This document shows positions 25,659 to 39,242 of a DNA stretch of 64,000 nucleotides, piece after piece. The DNA is from Camelus dromedarius (taxonomy: Eukaryota), in contig NC_087437.1 in NCBI RefSeq assembly GCF_036321535.1, positions 79,052,001 to 79,116,000 on the forward strand, given 5' to 3'. Position 1 is the first letter of the stretch. Each line of letters begins with the position of its first letter. The notes under the pieces were generated by a model. That model saw nothing but the letters and a program-made list of their open reading frames with translations, had not been told where the DNA came from and ran no database searches. The translations under genes were made by a program, and so were the position numbers.

Positions 25659-27784
25659 GTAGCCATCCCTGCATGCTTTTGGTCCTGGAGATTGGCCAGG
25701 GTCCTTGCTGTTCATAAATAGTCTTATTTCTATTGCAATCATGGACTGTATACTTAATGTGCATTATACAGCAGGAGAGGGCTTTATACTCTTTTATTCT
25801 GATAACATTTGTTCACAAAATATATCAACAGTAATTATTCTAGGCCTGATGGCCCTGGCTTTTTCTCCACTTTGCAGTCCTTTGACATCAAGTGGCTACC
25901 AGTGGTTGTTTCATGCAGACACTGACACTGAAAAGGACCTGTGAACTTGAAAGTACATTTTCAGTCACTGTGATAGAATTCCCCCGATGTATATACTACC
26001 ATTTCCCTTTTTAACAACAGTTAAAAGCTGCTTGGAAATGGTAATGTGAAATATGAATAAACATTTTTCCTATAAAAAGCTTAATCACACCAAACCCTCT
26101 GCAAGACACCTATCAAGCAGGTAGATAAAAGTCAATTTTGACTTTTTATTTATTAATTGGAAATGATGACTCAATTTAGAAATCTATAGTATTTTTTAAA
26201 AACTGATTATTAATCTTTTTAAACCTTTGCACTGGGATGAACCACTGCTCATTCAGTCACTAGAGATTTAAAGGTCAGAGTTGCTGTTTATATTTAGCTC
26301 CCAAGAGTTGAACCATTTCACTCTTTTTTCCTGTAATTTTAACTGTTGTAATTATGTGTTCCTACTGAATAAAAGGCAGAGTGGAGTTTTCAACAGATCA
26401 GGTACTCATCGTTACTAGTACAGCACTCTAAGTGAAGAGTGTTTTGGTGTGTTTTATTTTATCATTTAGCTGTTTGTTTATTGTGCATGTGTGCATGTGT
26501 CTGTGTTTTCCCTGAGGGATCGTTCAGCAATTCAGCATATCTGTGTTTCTTACTCGTTATTTTTCCCTCCTTACTTCCTTTCTCCATTTCCATTCCATTG
26601 ACTGAGATAAGAAATTAACATATACAACATATTTGGCTGTTATTTCATCAATGGAAAATTCCCACTGTGTGATTTAAATTTTAAAGATACCAAGATATCT
26701 TTAATTTAAAGGTATTTTTGTTTTGTTTTGTTTTTGGAGAAACTCCCATTCTGGAAATCCACTTGATCTAGATGGAAGAGATTTTTCTTAAGATTGGAAG
26801 CCTTTGCCAATCTGAGAAAAGCACATAACATCAAAGAAAAGCCTGATTTGAGTGAACAATATGGTGCAATAAGAAAATCAGAAATGTAAATGCTTAGGCT
26901 CTGCATTTAAGACAAGGCAACAATAAAGCCTATGGCTTGTTTTAAACACCATCAGTCTGCAAACTGCGCTTGTGTATTTTCCACTGGTATCCCACTTTCT
27001 CCCTTAATTTCCTTTTGTGTCTGTCTTCTACTTCCAGCACTTGGATATGTTGGTTGATTGTGATAGGCTTTGAACTCTGCCATACTGTACCCAGATTCTT
27101 AAATTCTTCATCCTCCAAGAGGAAGACACAAAGTAATCAGCAAACCAAATAAGAGATGAAAGAGAAGTATCATCTATTTAAAATGGCCCAAGGAGAATTT
27201 ATTTTTTAAGCATTAAATCTGTCCTTAGGTACTGTCAGCTTCAAATCCTGACTCCCCCTGCTCCCCCAGCACATACTATCTATTTTTGGCTCTTTCAAAC
27301 GCCCTCACACTGTGGGGGTTCTGACATATTGAAATGAAATTTAATGAAATTAATATTTTGCACTTTTTCCCTGATGTACCACAGAATGACAGCCCCAGAT
27401 GGATATATGAGTTGTGCACTAAAAGTTTGTAAGTTAGCTGTTTTGAACTTGAAACATGTTTGCCTACTGAGGGGAGAAAGAAAAGTTCAATAAAGTGCTT
27501 AGAACTCTGGGCGATCTCATCAGAGCAAAATGTAACTGAAGATGAAGCCGCTCTGTTATTTCAGTTTGGTGCTTCCTACAATTACCTGAGCATCAGAATT
27601 TACCGTTAAAGCTTACTTAAGCAAGAGTTCTGGACTACCATTCCATCCTTGTTACTCAAAATCCAACTCAGTATATCTACAGAATGGTTTGGTATAACTT
27701 GGATTTTATGTACTATATACTTCCAAAGAGACTTAATATTTTAATGTAAAATATATTGTACATAAGAAGGAGAGCGTAGTATTG

Positions 27785-28230
27785 TATGTAGAGTTAAAAG
27801 CAGGATAAAATGAACATCTTTGTACTTACCACTCAGTTTAAGAAAAAGAGCGTTATTAATTTCTTGGCAATTCCATATACAGCTGTCCTCATCCTGTCCT
27901 TTCCCTTCATGTCCCAAAAGAACACCAGTCTGGATTTTGTCATAAACTTTCCTTTGCTTTTCTTGGTAGTATACATCAACCATATATGTATCCATTTAGA
28001 TAAATGGATAGATAAGAATTTTTGCCTTTTTTGAAAATTATGCAAATGGAAACATACTTCAAGTGCTTTTCTGTGACTGGATTCTTACAGATAGCATTGT
28101 GTTTTTGAGGTGAGCAAAACTTATGAGTTGCAATTCATTCATATTCAATGCCACGAATTATTCTACTCTATATATCAAAATGTAGTCATTCTATTCTATT
28201 GTAAACAGCCATTTCGGCATATTGCATTTG
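27785..28230 (-). mobile_element. Ancient LINE-1 (L1ME-like) 3' end
   Basis: aatgaacatctttgtacttaccactcagtttaagaaa..., tatgcaaatggaaacatac...ttctgtgactgg...cattgtgtttttgag. Confidence 0.75.
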
Positions 28231-28434
28231 AATCCAGAAGCCTTTGCTGAACTCTTTTTTCAAATCTTTTACTTAATCAAATCTTTTACTTAAACTCTTT
28301 TTTCAAATCTTTTACATTAAGTAAAATGTAAAGTTATTTATGCTGATAAAATAGACAATTTTATCAGCAATTTATGGCAGTTCAACTTTTACTTTGGAAT
28401 TTTTTCATTGATTTTTCCCTTGTCTTACTGTAAT

Positions 28435-29075
28435 TTGTTTACTCCAGGTTTTCTAGAAAGCAGAGCAGAGGCAGTAAGTACATGCTAATACTTGATGGAA
28501 GGGGGATGCAATCCTAAAAGTGAAGGAGAAGAGAAGTGAGGATGGAAGATAATTACAAGATAGTTTGTTACCTAGCTGTTAACAACATTGAAACAAACAA
28601 ACAAGAAAACATCAGACTACTGTAGCATATAGGATGTCTCTGGAGATACAGATAACCTGGGCATCTTAAAGCACTTGGTCAACAGAAGGGAGAAAGCAGC
28701 ATTTATCTGCCATCTCCACGCCTTCCAGTGTCTATCATGTTGTCCCACAGGGCGTTAACTCCGCCAGACTTTTGAGCTGTGTTATCAGACACATTCTGGA
28801 AGCCTTGGGGAAACCAGATCCTGTGTCATATGAGTGTAGATAGCAAGGGGAGCTAGGAATTCTAGGGATCCTGCCAGTTTAATCCTGGGTTTAAGCCCCT
28901 ATAGCTTCTGCCACAAGGCAGGCACGATGTAAGTCTCAGCCTGGGAAGGACAGTGGCAGCCAATGGAATTAAAAGACAAGACAATGACAGTGATCCACTG
29001 AGCAAGTAGTGAGGATAGGAAAGTGACATGGGGATGGGAAGAAGACAGATGAGACTGAGTGATTTCTGTACCAAT
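28435..29075 (-). mobile_element. ERVL-class solo LTR (LTR33/41/50 group) lying between L1 fragments
   Basis: ggttttctagaaagcagagcagaggc...tgctaatacttgatggaagggggatgcaatcc resembles reverse ERVL LTR ends; GC-richer ~640 bp block. Confidence 0.6.
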
Positions 29076-29199
29076 TGTAGTGAAACATATCTCTAGTACA
29101 ATTTTGAAACAAGAATCACAGTGATTCCAAATATCCATTTATTTTCTTTGACCTTTGGGAAAGGGTTTGAACCTCTGCTGTATGTGTTTTGTTTGTTTT

Positions 29200-29425
29200 T
29201 GCCTTTAAATTAAGGAAATTCCCATGTATTTATATTTGCTATAGTTTTTAAAATCATGAAAGAATGTTGAATCATGTCAAATGTGTCTTAAAATCTATTT
29301 AGATAATTGTATGATTTTTCTCCTTTTAACAGATGTGATACAGTTAAAAAGTAGTATCTTTTTATTATTTTCCTTTAGATTAATGAATTTTATTTACTAG
29401 TATTTTATTTTAAATTGTTCACCCT
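29200..29425 (-). mobile_element. Ancient LINE-1 ORF2 fragment
   Basis: ttaaggaaattccc...atcatgaaagaatgttgaatcatgtcaaatg...atctatttagataattgtatgatttttctcc. Confidence 0.7.
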
Positions 29426-32400
29426 TTTCTTCATATTGTGCCAGCACTTTGGTTTCACTGACTTTACTGATAGAACCTTGATGGTCATTCCTCAGGTGTT
29501 TGAGCACTAAGTTTTCTTGACTTTGTTGGACTCAGCCCAACATAACTGTTCCTTTCAAGTAAATATGAGTCATTTACATCCTGCAAATTTACTGTTTCTC
29601 GTAGAGAATTATATCACAACAGCCCCAGCCTATTTTTTTAAGCTCTTTGTTCACGTGACTGGTCCCTTTGACTTGATTACAAACTCATGAGATACACAGA
29701 ATGTGGCACAAAAAGCAGGCACTTCATTTATTTAAATAAAAGAATAAACAAATTTTTGGTGCAAAAAGAAATTTGAAACTATATTTGAGCATACTCAAAG
29801 GCCTGAGGAAAGAATTAGCTAAGTATTAGATGAAAGCTCTAATTTGGTATTTCTTTAAAGGAACGAGATGGTGGCTTCTGTGTTGTAAATGCAAGAATAA
29901 AATAGCAGCTGGAGATGCTGCCTATGGCATAATTCTCAGGTTGGCAAAGCTTATCATTAAGAGTTGTAAGCATAAAAGTTGGAATCACTTTGTCCATTTC
30001 TCACATTACTTTGTCCTTATAGTCTGTCACTATATATCTTTATGCAGTATTCACAGTAGATATAGTAAGACATAGATGTCAGTATTGGGAAAGAAAGAAA
30101 TTGAAAAGAAAGAAACCAAATCAGAGAGAACTCCTTTGATACTGAGTATCAGGAGCAAACCCTCTCTGATAGCCTTTCCACACAAGGAATCTATGAACAA
30201 AGAGAGGCAGAGATGGGGTTGGTCATACCTTTTGGCTCACTCCTACTGAATCTTTTTTTTTTCTTCATTATGTATCTCTGTGTGTGGGTGTGTTTGTGTT
30301 AATTATACAAAACAACAACTAAAAGTATAATTTCAAAAATATTTGGAAAAAAGTTATTAGCCTATCTAAACATACAAGAGTTCAACTTATTGCCAATAGG
30401 TGTTAGACACATTTACCTTTAACTGTGGTCATATAAAAACATGTGTCAGGGAAAACACTGCTGTCATGATGTGACCCTCTTTCTAGAATGGAAAAAACAT
30501 TCAGGAGAAAAATGTAAAATGGAAATGTTAATATGTAAAACCATCAGTGAATAAAGAAGTCATCTGGAAAAAAATAGAACTAAATGATAATGAAACAGAA
30601 GGAAGAAAGAGAAATACAAAATCAGCTTTATAAGATTACCTTAATATTAACAGAGAGCTATTAGAAAGAAGCCATTTAAAAATCATATCGTAGAGTATAT
30701 TGACCCGTTTTGCTAACTCTACTATTTGGTATAGATACATATTTTAAAATTTAATGAAGTGGGTTTATTTTGTAGCAGTTCTCTTTTTGTTTCCGTATTT
30801 AGTTTTTAAATAAAAGAATTTGGATTATTTATATTGTACTGACATCTGGTGGACCTTGGCCTTGATACAGCTAGAAAAAAGCAATGATGGGAAACATCCA
30901 TCAAGGTTCATTGAACAAATCTATGGCAGCCTTCAAGTTATACACTAAATCAAACAGGGGTGAGAACATTATTTAAGGCTCTATCAGCATCCACTCACTT
31001 CATTTAAAGGGAAAAACTGAACAGCTCTTGGCCACACAGTGAAGCCGCATTATTACCTTGCACTTCTCTAATACTGTCTGTCTCTGTGAAGTCCAAAAGT
31101 TATGGTATTTAGGACACTATCACATAAGAAGGCCGATACCTTCTTATTTCTTGAATCCCAGGAACTTTTCATGATGATGTCCCTTCTGCTCCAGAAAACT
31201 AGGAGTATACATACACACACACACATGCACATATGTATGAAAAAAATATATATGTATATATAAACTATTGCCAAACTATTTGAAAGCAATTCAAATGAGT
31301 GGCAAATGAAGGGATATTTACAAGGTTCAAAATGAGCTGATTGTCTTGGATCCAGTTTGGTTTTGTTCACTTGACAAAATTTAGCCTGGATTCACAGGCT
31401 TTATCTGCTTTGAAACAGTGCAGAAAGGCAACCTGAGAAAATGGGGACTTGCGGGTAAAAGAACATTTTTTAAAGTAATTTTTTAGCTAGCCAAATGTTA
31501 CATGAGGAAATGGCTTTCCTGCAAACAAAAATTTTCACCCTGTTTTCCTTCAGTCATATTCCCGGGATCTACCTAGCATACCCATTAGAACTAGAAGGAG
31601 ATAAAATCAAGGAAATTCATTCCAAAAGCTGTTAGATTTAAGAAAGCCTTATATTCTGTTTCACTCCAAAGGATTTCTTCTGCTGCTTACAAACCATTGA
31701 GGAAGACAAAAAGCATAATTTTTACATGATAAATTATAATCATGCTATATGCTTTTTCAATGCTATTATTAGTATTCCATTATAATTGAATTACTAGTTC
31801 AAGATACTACTGTCAAAATTATGCATGAGAAACCTGTCTGTGCGTTTTATTCTGGGTCTGATTCAATGGTCCCACACTCTCGCTTGTGTGGAATGGAGTT
31901 GATATCCTGACTGTACATTAAGTTTTTGAATACCCATAGTTACTTAGAACAAGAACATAATTATCATTAACTCCATCCCAGAAAATATATAATTACTTAA
32001 TTAAAAGGTTGTTTAGCAAGGTATATATCACAAAATTGACAAGTAAATACATATTGCAATGTCATTTAATCTTAAGAATTCCAAATAATTTTGAAAATGA
32101 AATTTCTGGGTACTTGTCTAGTAAGTCTTCAGCAGGACACAGATATAATCCACAATGATGAGAGAAAGGGAATCAGTAGTACCATATCCTCAGGAGATTT
32201 ATGGAGGATATAGTTAATTTAATTGAGTGAACATACTTAAGTGGGGATTAAGACAGTAGAATTATCACTGTAAAGTGTTATAAATTAAGCATTTCTGCAT
32301 ATATATATACACATTATGTGTATACATATTAATAGTTGAGCTATATATGAATATCAGTGTAGGATAGCACATACATAAACCCTGCACTTGGAAATTGCTT

Positions 32401-33244
32401 GGTTAATTTCATTAATAGAAAAAGCCACTTTGGGCTAACTAATGAAGTTTGAGACTATAGGTTGATTGCATTAATCATTTGACCGCATTTGAAGCATTGC
32501 CATTTGCTTCATCATTATATTTTTGTTGCTACAATTTTGTATATTAATACACTAATATAAACTCTATAGTTTTCTTTTATCTCATATCTTTGAATCAGTT
32601 CAAAACTACAGTGCTATTTGTCTTTCCTGATATGGCCGTTTCATTGTTTTATTGCCTTCCATCCTAATACTTCTAGATATAATTGTGATAGTTCTTTTCC
32701 TTCTCGTTTATATTATTCACTTTTATAAAGCTTTCTGGCTTCTATGTTCAAATATACAATGTTGAGATGTTATGAACAATGTTGGTCTTAGGAAAACAGA
32801 ATGTTTTTTAAAAGCCATTCCAGGACACCAAACATGTTAGTGAGAGATAAAAGGCACTCATAACTATGATTGTTTAGTTCTTCTTAAACAAACAAGCAAA
32901 CTATATATACTCTTGTCAGATTGTTGTGTTTGTTAAGACCGAAGACAAGAATTCATAGTAGTATATATTAAGAAGAAAAATCAATCATCATTTATTCTTA
33001 CAGTAAGATTTTACTTAGGGAAAAAAATGAGTGCTAACTGCATTGTTGTCCCTCTGAATAGTCATATTTATTACCCAAATTATACTAGGTAGTTACACTA
33101 GGTTAAAGCATCCATATTAACCTGCATCAATGACTCTATCCTAATAAACTGTCTAAAATCTATGTGGATTGGACTAAGAGCCTTTACTATGAAGGACTAC
33201 ATATCGCTGAAATAATTATTTTTTGGAGGCTCATAGTACATAAA

Positions 33245-33335
33245 GTCCCATTTTACAATTAAAGAATTTGAAACTTAGTGAAATGAGTTGTCTCAGGGCA
33301 TACAGACAGTGATAGAGTGACTTCAAGAATACGGT
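33245..33335 (-). mobile_element. MIR fragment
   Basis: cccattttacaattaaagaatttgaaacttagtgaa...ttgtctcagggcatacag. Confidence 0.6.
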
Positions 33336-34564
33336 TGGAATATCTTTAGTGTTTTAACTATAGGTTCCTTCATATCAGTAATTCTTCTTTAAGCACGTAT
33401 ATCTGAGGAACAAGTATCACGATCACTAAAGGAAATTTACTGAAAAAATAGGCTTGGGTTCAACAGTGAACAAGCACTTTAGCAAAACAAACAAATAAGG
33501 GACAATAATTATAGATTGTGTTCGGTTGCACTAAGTCAAGGATTCTTATGTCCCTGCCCGTTTTTAAAAGTAAGAATTGATTTATAGGCAGAAGTAGATT
33601 AAGAGAGGGTATAGATATATAGGAGACAAGTGAAAGAATGATTTGAAATGTCAAATTATAATCACTAGTTTTGACCACACTCCAGTCACAGTGGGCATAA
33701 ATTAAGCTGTGTGACAAATGAAAACAGAAAGATTTGATAGTTATCAGATAATTGCCAAGATTTTTCTCAGTCATGCTTTATACTGAAGCATGTATGGTAT
33801 TGAACATCAATGCTATTAAATCCTCAGCAGGAAAAGCACTTTCCCTAAACTGCATCTAATACAATGTTTGACCACCATAGCTAGAACATAATGTCACAAT
33901 ACCATCACCCAGTGAACTATAAAGGTAGCTATCCAGCCACATGATCCAACTAATGGCTAAACCAATAAGCCAGGTTGCAAGGTTATGATGTTCAGTGTGA
34001 ATTATCCAGTTTTGCTTTACTAGGAAGGAGATATTTTTCCTTCTACCAGGTAGCTAGAGCCTGTTTCCTAAAATAAAATAAATACATTATAAAAATATAT
34101 ATTCAATAATCAGTTTTGCATTCCTATTTGTAGCCAGCACACATACGGCATCCAGACTACCACCACTTGATCTTTATATATTCGTATTTGTGTTAGTACA
34201 TGATCTGAATTTTTTTTAAGATGAGCCTAAATCCATTATAGTGGGGATAGCTAGCTAGCTCCCTGAGGTGTTAAGATGGAAGAATGCAGTGAGAGGCATC
34301 AGGACTATCTGTGAAATCCATTTTTAAACCTTGCAGCTGTGTTTATGTGAATGTCTGATCACTAAGATAGGACATTGAAATAAGTAACTATGATGAACCA
34401 ATTTAAAGCCAAGATAGGTATTCAGATCAAATGATTTGCATTTATTTGGATCATACAAATAAAAAATATTTTCCGCCATAGGCAAGATAAAATATTCTCT
34501 TACATTTTTCTAAATATTCAAGTACAGTGCAAAAGTTTGCCTAATTGACAGGAGAAGGAAATTA

Positions 34565-34700
34565 CCCTGGATTTAATCATAGGCTTATCTTTGCCATCTT
34601 GGACAATTAATATAACATTTCTGAAACTTGGTTTTCTCCTTTGTTAAATAGAAAGTACTTATTGACCTACCTTCCAGGTATTGCCAATAACCAAATATAG
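34565..34700 (+). mobile_element. MIR SINE (abutting an MLT1 LTR)
   Basis: cttggacaattaatataacatttctgaaacttggttttctcc...acctaccttccagg. Confidence 0.6.
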
Positions 34701-34704
34701 CAAT

Positions 34705-35226
34705 AGCATTAGTTATCTATTGTTGCATAGCAAGTTACCACAAACTTAGTGGCTTAAAGCAACACACACATGTATTAACTCACAGTTTCTGTGCATCAGG
34801 AATGCAGGCGTTACTAAGCTGGATCCTCTGCCTCAGAGTCTGTTTCAAGACTGCAAGCAGAGTGACACTTAGGGCTGAGATCTCATTTGAAAGTTCAAAT
34901 GGGGAAGAATCTGCATCCAAACTGACATGGTTATTTGCAGGATTTAATTCCTTGCAGACTGTTGAACTGAGAGCCTTGCCACTTGTTGACTGAAAGCCAC
35001 TCTCAACTTCTTGACATGTGGGCCTCTCCATATGGCAGCTTGCTTTATCAAAGGCAGCAAGGAAGAGAATATGTTAGTAAGACAGAAGTTGTAACTTTTG
35101 CAGCCTAATCAGAGAAGTAACATCCCATCACCTTGGCTCTAACATATTAGTTAGCAGCAAGTTTCTAGGCAAGCCAGAATAGGAGGCTGGGATCATGGGG
35201 CCTGTCTTCTAGTTCTGTTCACCATA
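34705..35226 (-). mobile_element. MaLR solo LTR (MLT1F-like)
   Basis: attagttatctattgttgc...aacttagtggcttaaagcaac...catgtgggcctctcca...gaagtaacatcccatcacc. Confidence 0.9.
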
Positions 35227-35371
35227 AGAATCTAGGTGAAAGTACTGGATAAGGTTTTAAGAATTCAAAATACAAAATTTTTAAACTGTATTTCTGAAAA
35301 GTAAAATTGTCTTTACTCAAGTAAAACAGCTCTAAATACTCAGATTTTCTGGTAGTTCCACTAATAAAATT

Positions 35372-35472
35372 ACTTTTATTATTAATATTATTAATAATAA
35401 ATTATATTTTATAAATATATATTATAAATTACATATTTTATAATATTATAAAAATAAATTAAATTATTAATA
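35372..35472. repeat. Nearly pure A/T low-complexity tract
   Basis: About 100 bp almost without G or C. Confidence 0.85.
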
Positions 35473-35502
35473 TGCACATTTTGATCTTCCTATTTAAGTA
35501 CT

Positions 35503-35680
35503 TCAGTATGTTGACCTTGGGGTCAAATATGGGCTGAATCTTTGACTCTATCACTTACCAAAGGTGTAGTCCCTTGCAAGTTACTAGACTCTAAGTCTTT
35601 GACTTCTCATCTGTAATATTTCACTGTGGGTGTTTTCATTATCAAATGAGACTTTTTAAGCATTAAGAACTATATTTAAA
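35503..35680 (+). mobile_element. MIR SINE
   Basis: tgggctgaatctttgactctatcacttacc...caagttact...ttctcatctgtaa. Confidence 0.7.
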
Positions 35681-36049
35681 TGTTTTATCATATTTTTAGT
35701 AATAGTGATATTATAGTTAATGTTACTGCTGCTGCTATTATCTTCCATGCTTGTCACCATAGATTAGGATTGATGATAGCAAAAACAAAACAAAAAAACA
35801 AAAAAAACTAAAAAAAAAATCATTTGCATTTCTTAACTTTGATTCTCTTTCTGCTTTCACATTTAGTGACACTTTGGCATTTAATATGAAAGTGAAGAAT
35901 AATATAATGCATTTCATATTTCTGAAATTTGAACTGGTACTGAGTATGGAAGTAATGCTTCCTGTTAGAGGAGCCTATCACAGGCCATTTTATTATAAGC
36001 CAGAACTACTAACTGAGAGTAGACTAGAGTGAGTTCACCTGCTCCCAGC

Positions 36050-36320
36050 CAACCCTCACTATCCTTCAAGGCTGAGCCCAGCCAAACCTCCTTTAGATAT
36101 TCATGAATAGTCTAGCCCTCAGTGACCTCCTTTCTCTATGATTTTTAAGTGTCCTCATAGCCTGTTCTATACAGTTTGATACCTAAATATGTAATGTATC
36201 TTTCTTCTCCAGATAAAGAGCAAACTATTTGAATGTATATCCATGCCTATTTTACGCTTATAATTTTCAACACTACTTAGCACAATGATAATAAAACTAA
36301 ATACTCAATTGAATACTTAC
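36050..36320 (+). mobile_element. LINE-2 3' fragment
   Basis: ctatccttcaaggctgagcc...tcttctccagataaagagcaaactatttga...acttagcacaatg...tactcaat. Confidence 0.55.
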
Positions 36321-36344
36321 AGACTGTACTACTAAAATGCCTAA

Positions 36345-36950
36345 ATGTAGCAAGTAATTAAAAACAAATCACAGTTCAAACTTGGCTTATTAAGAGTTAA
36401 TTGAGTCATTTATCTGGAAAGTCCAGAGGTTGGGCAGGCTTCAGGGTTCATTGGTCTAGAAGACTTAATGATACTGTCAAAGACTTAGTTTTGCTTTTGC
36501 AGCATTTCTAGCAAGAATTCTAAAATTCACCTTGACATTACTGTGAAATGGAACATATAAATATATGTGTGTGTGTGTGTGTGTATGATTTAATTCAATC
36601 TAGTTTCTTGCCTTGGAATTGGTATTAAGTACTTAACCTGGCACTGTCAATGGAACTTCCTGCAATAATGGAAATATTCTTTATCTGTGCTGTTCACTAT
36701 GACAGCTAGTAAGCTACTAGCCACTGTGGCTGTTGAGCATGTGAAATGTTCCTAGTATCTTTTATTTTTATTTAACTTTAATCAATTTAAATTTTAATAG
36801 CTATGAGTAGCTAGTGGCTACTCTACTGCATAGCACAGGTCTAAAATATATAGGCTACTAGGGAGAAGGGTAAACATTCAAATAAAAAATCAGATACTAT
36901 TTAGGAAAGTCTATAGGGAAAATGGATAATGGAGAGACAACCAATGATAG
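36345..36950 (-). mobile_element. Old MaLR LTR (MLT1K-like), interrupted by MER3
   Basis: tcaaacttggctta...ggaaagtccagagg...ggcttcagg on the left and aaaatcagatactatt...aatggataatggagagacaacc on the right. Confidence 0.5.
36639..36839 (+). mobile_element. MER3 hAT-Charlie MITE
   Basis: gcactgtcaatggaacttcctgcaataatggaaatattct...ctagccactgtggctgttgagcatgtgaaatgt...gctagtggctac. Confidence 0.9.
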
Positions 36951-38554
36951 TAAGCTGACTGAAAATGGGTTATTTCAAAGAACTTGAAAATCAATTCATG
37001 ATCAATTGGAAAGAACTAAGATATCAATTACCCTGTAGACTTATTATTCTGTAGCTAATGCTTCCAAAATAGGGAGATTATAAACATATACAAGTTACCT
37101 TTACTTCCATGGAAAAACCTGTATCTTAGTATCTACTCAGTCAAATGTAAATTAACCAAAATACAGGTTACTTAACCCCTGTTTAGTTAAGTAATTCTGG
37201 CATAGTAAAATACAGAAAATATTATTAATTATTTGGTAAATTTAAGAAATAAAATCAGGTCCCCACATTTTGACTTTCTAGGTTTATCTATGTTCATCAA
37301 ATGATCCTGATAAATGTGAAATTGTCCTTTTGCTTTGTGCTATATTTTGAAAGTCCTGGTAATTATGTACTTCTTGAGGAGAAAAATTGTTTTGGTTTGT
37401 GTGCATATGTTCAATTTTTGTGCTGAATTTATTAGAAAATAAATGAGGTGTAAATTTGCCTTGGTGACAGTGGCTGTGAAAGGTAACTGAATTATTTGCC
37501 TGAGAACTATTAATGATTAAAAATGTCAGCCTTAATGTCCCATTAATGTAGTATTTAAATTGAACTCTTTATAAAATTTAAGCATGGCATCACGTGGATT
37601 GGCAAGTTCAGGAGCAAAGGGGTCACTTGAAATTTAAACGGATGTGTGCTTGGCAGGCTGCACAATGCTTTTCCGGTGTATGTTGAATCTCTCTTTAATC
37701 TGCAAGTTCAAAAATATTCTACTAAAAATCGAGCATGAATCCCACAGTTTTGTGGAAATAAGTACAGTTTTAGTTTTGCGTCTTATAATGACTATAAGGT
37801 ACACATGGGAAGAAGACAATGACACCCAGCCTTACCCTGGGTTTTTCCTGTCAATGAATTCAGTCACTGCTCTAGAGGCTCTGGGGGCAGCTTCTGCCCA
37901 AACACTCAGCTTCTTGTACTCAGAAATATTTGCACCACAGGGTTTTTACTCTCTAGACATCTTGATCAGAAGTACAAGTGATGACAGTGAGCATAGCTTG
38001 TAGAGCTGAATCAACACACACATTTTCTGGTTATATGAGATTGAAAAGATTTCAAAGTTAAGATTACGTCTGTTCCAGCTAAACTCTACCAGCCAGGTTC
38101 CCACAAACAAGATAAAGGGATATGGCTTAGATTTGCTATTTAAGTCCATTCTTTAAAAATCAATTTGAAATATATTAAAAGATCTGATGAAAGTATTTCC
38201 AACTGTTGAATGAAGACAAAAGGTATCATAGTGACAGTCTTCTGGCACACAGAGACAGGCAGTAGGTGTTTATTTAAAAAAAAATTATTTTACCAAAGAT
38301 TCAACCTCTGCTCCTTCGTAAGGGTGATCTTTAATAGTTCTTAATGTTATGAATTAGCTCATCCTCTACTAAGATTCAATTACTTCCATTAGTGTGCTCA
38401 TCACTATGGAGAATAAAAGGAACTAAAAGCCAGGGTCCCTGACCTCTAGTTGCTTATTGTATTACTGGTGAGTCAAGACACTCAGTCATTTATTTTTTTT
38501 TTAAATGTTCCCTACATTTTCATCAGCCTTTCAAAACATCCTCTATTTTCTCAT

Positions 38555-38700
38555 CTTACTCAACAAGCAATGTAGAAAGATCAGTCTCAGAATGTCTCAG
38601 CTGGGTTTTCAAATCCAGTACCTACCAGCCTCTGTAATCACAAAAGGACTACAATTTTACATGAGCAAAGGTTACAGATACTTTAAGAATTCCTAAACGG
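38555..38700 (+). mobile_element. MIR fragment
   Basis: gcaatgtagaaaga...ctgggttttcaaatccagtacctaccagcctctgtaatc. Confidence 0.5.
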
Positions 38701-38769
38701 AGGAAAACATTGAGATAGAATAGTATGAAAGACTGAAGGTTTATGGAATTTTTGATCAGAAAATAGGTA

Positions 38770-38930
38770 GAAGTTCATATAGCAAATCCCTTATCATTCT
38801 GCATGTTAAGAAACTGAAGTTCAAAGAGAGTAAATATTAGGCTGCAAAATCACCCACTGAGTCAAAGCAGCCCCAGAACTAGACACTTGTCCCCTGTCAC
38901 CCCATCCAATATTCATTTTAATACACTAGA
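38770..38930 (-). mobile_element. MIR SINE
   Basis: tcattctgcatgttaagaaactgaagttcaaagagagtaaat...agaactagacac. Confidence 0.65.
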
Positions 38931-39242
38931 TTGCTTCAAGTGGCAGAAGCGTTTTTTTAACCAGGTCTAGGCAGTGATTGGTCTTTGGACTATCATATGT
39001 CAGAGTTAACAAGGAGTTGGTCTCTTACTCATATGTGGAGGAATACATTTTCCTCTGCCCCTGTATTGAAAATGGCCTTTGCTAAAGTGAACCAACTGAA
39101 CTCTAACTTGGATGCCAGCTTGTGACCAATAGCATTTTTCCTCATTCTAGTGGATCAGCTGAAGCATGGAGTGCAATCAAATGCATAGTCTGAAGCTTGA
39201 ACCTATGCCAGTTCACTGCTTCAACAGGTTTTAATTAACTGG

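Noticed and set aside
31055..31200. Minus-strand exon with AAG|GTAATA donor
   Set aside because: Stop codons in all three frames and no supporting features.
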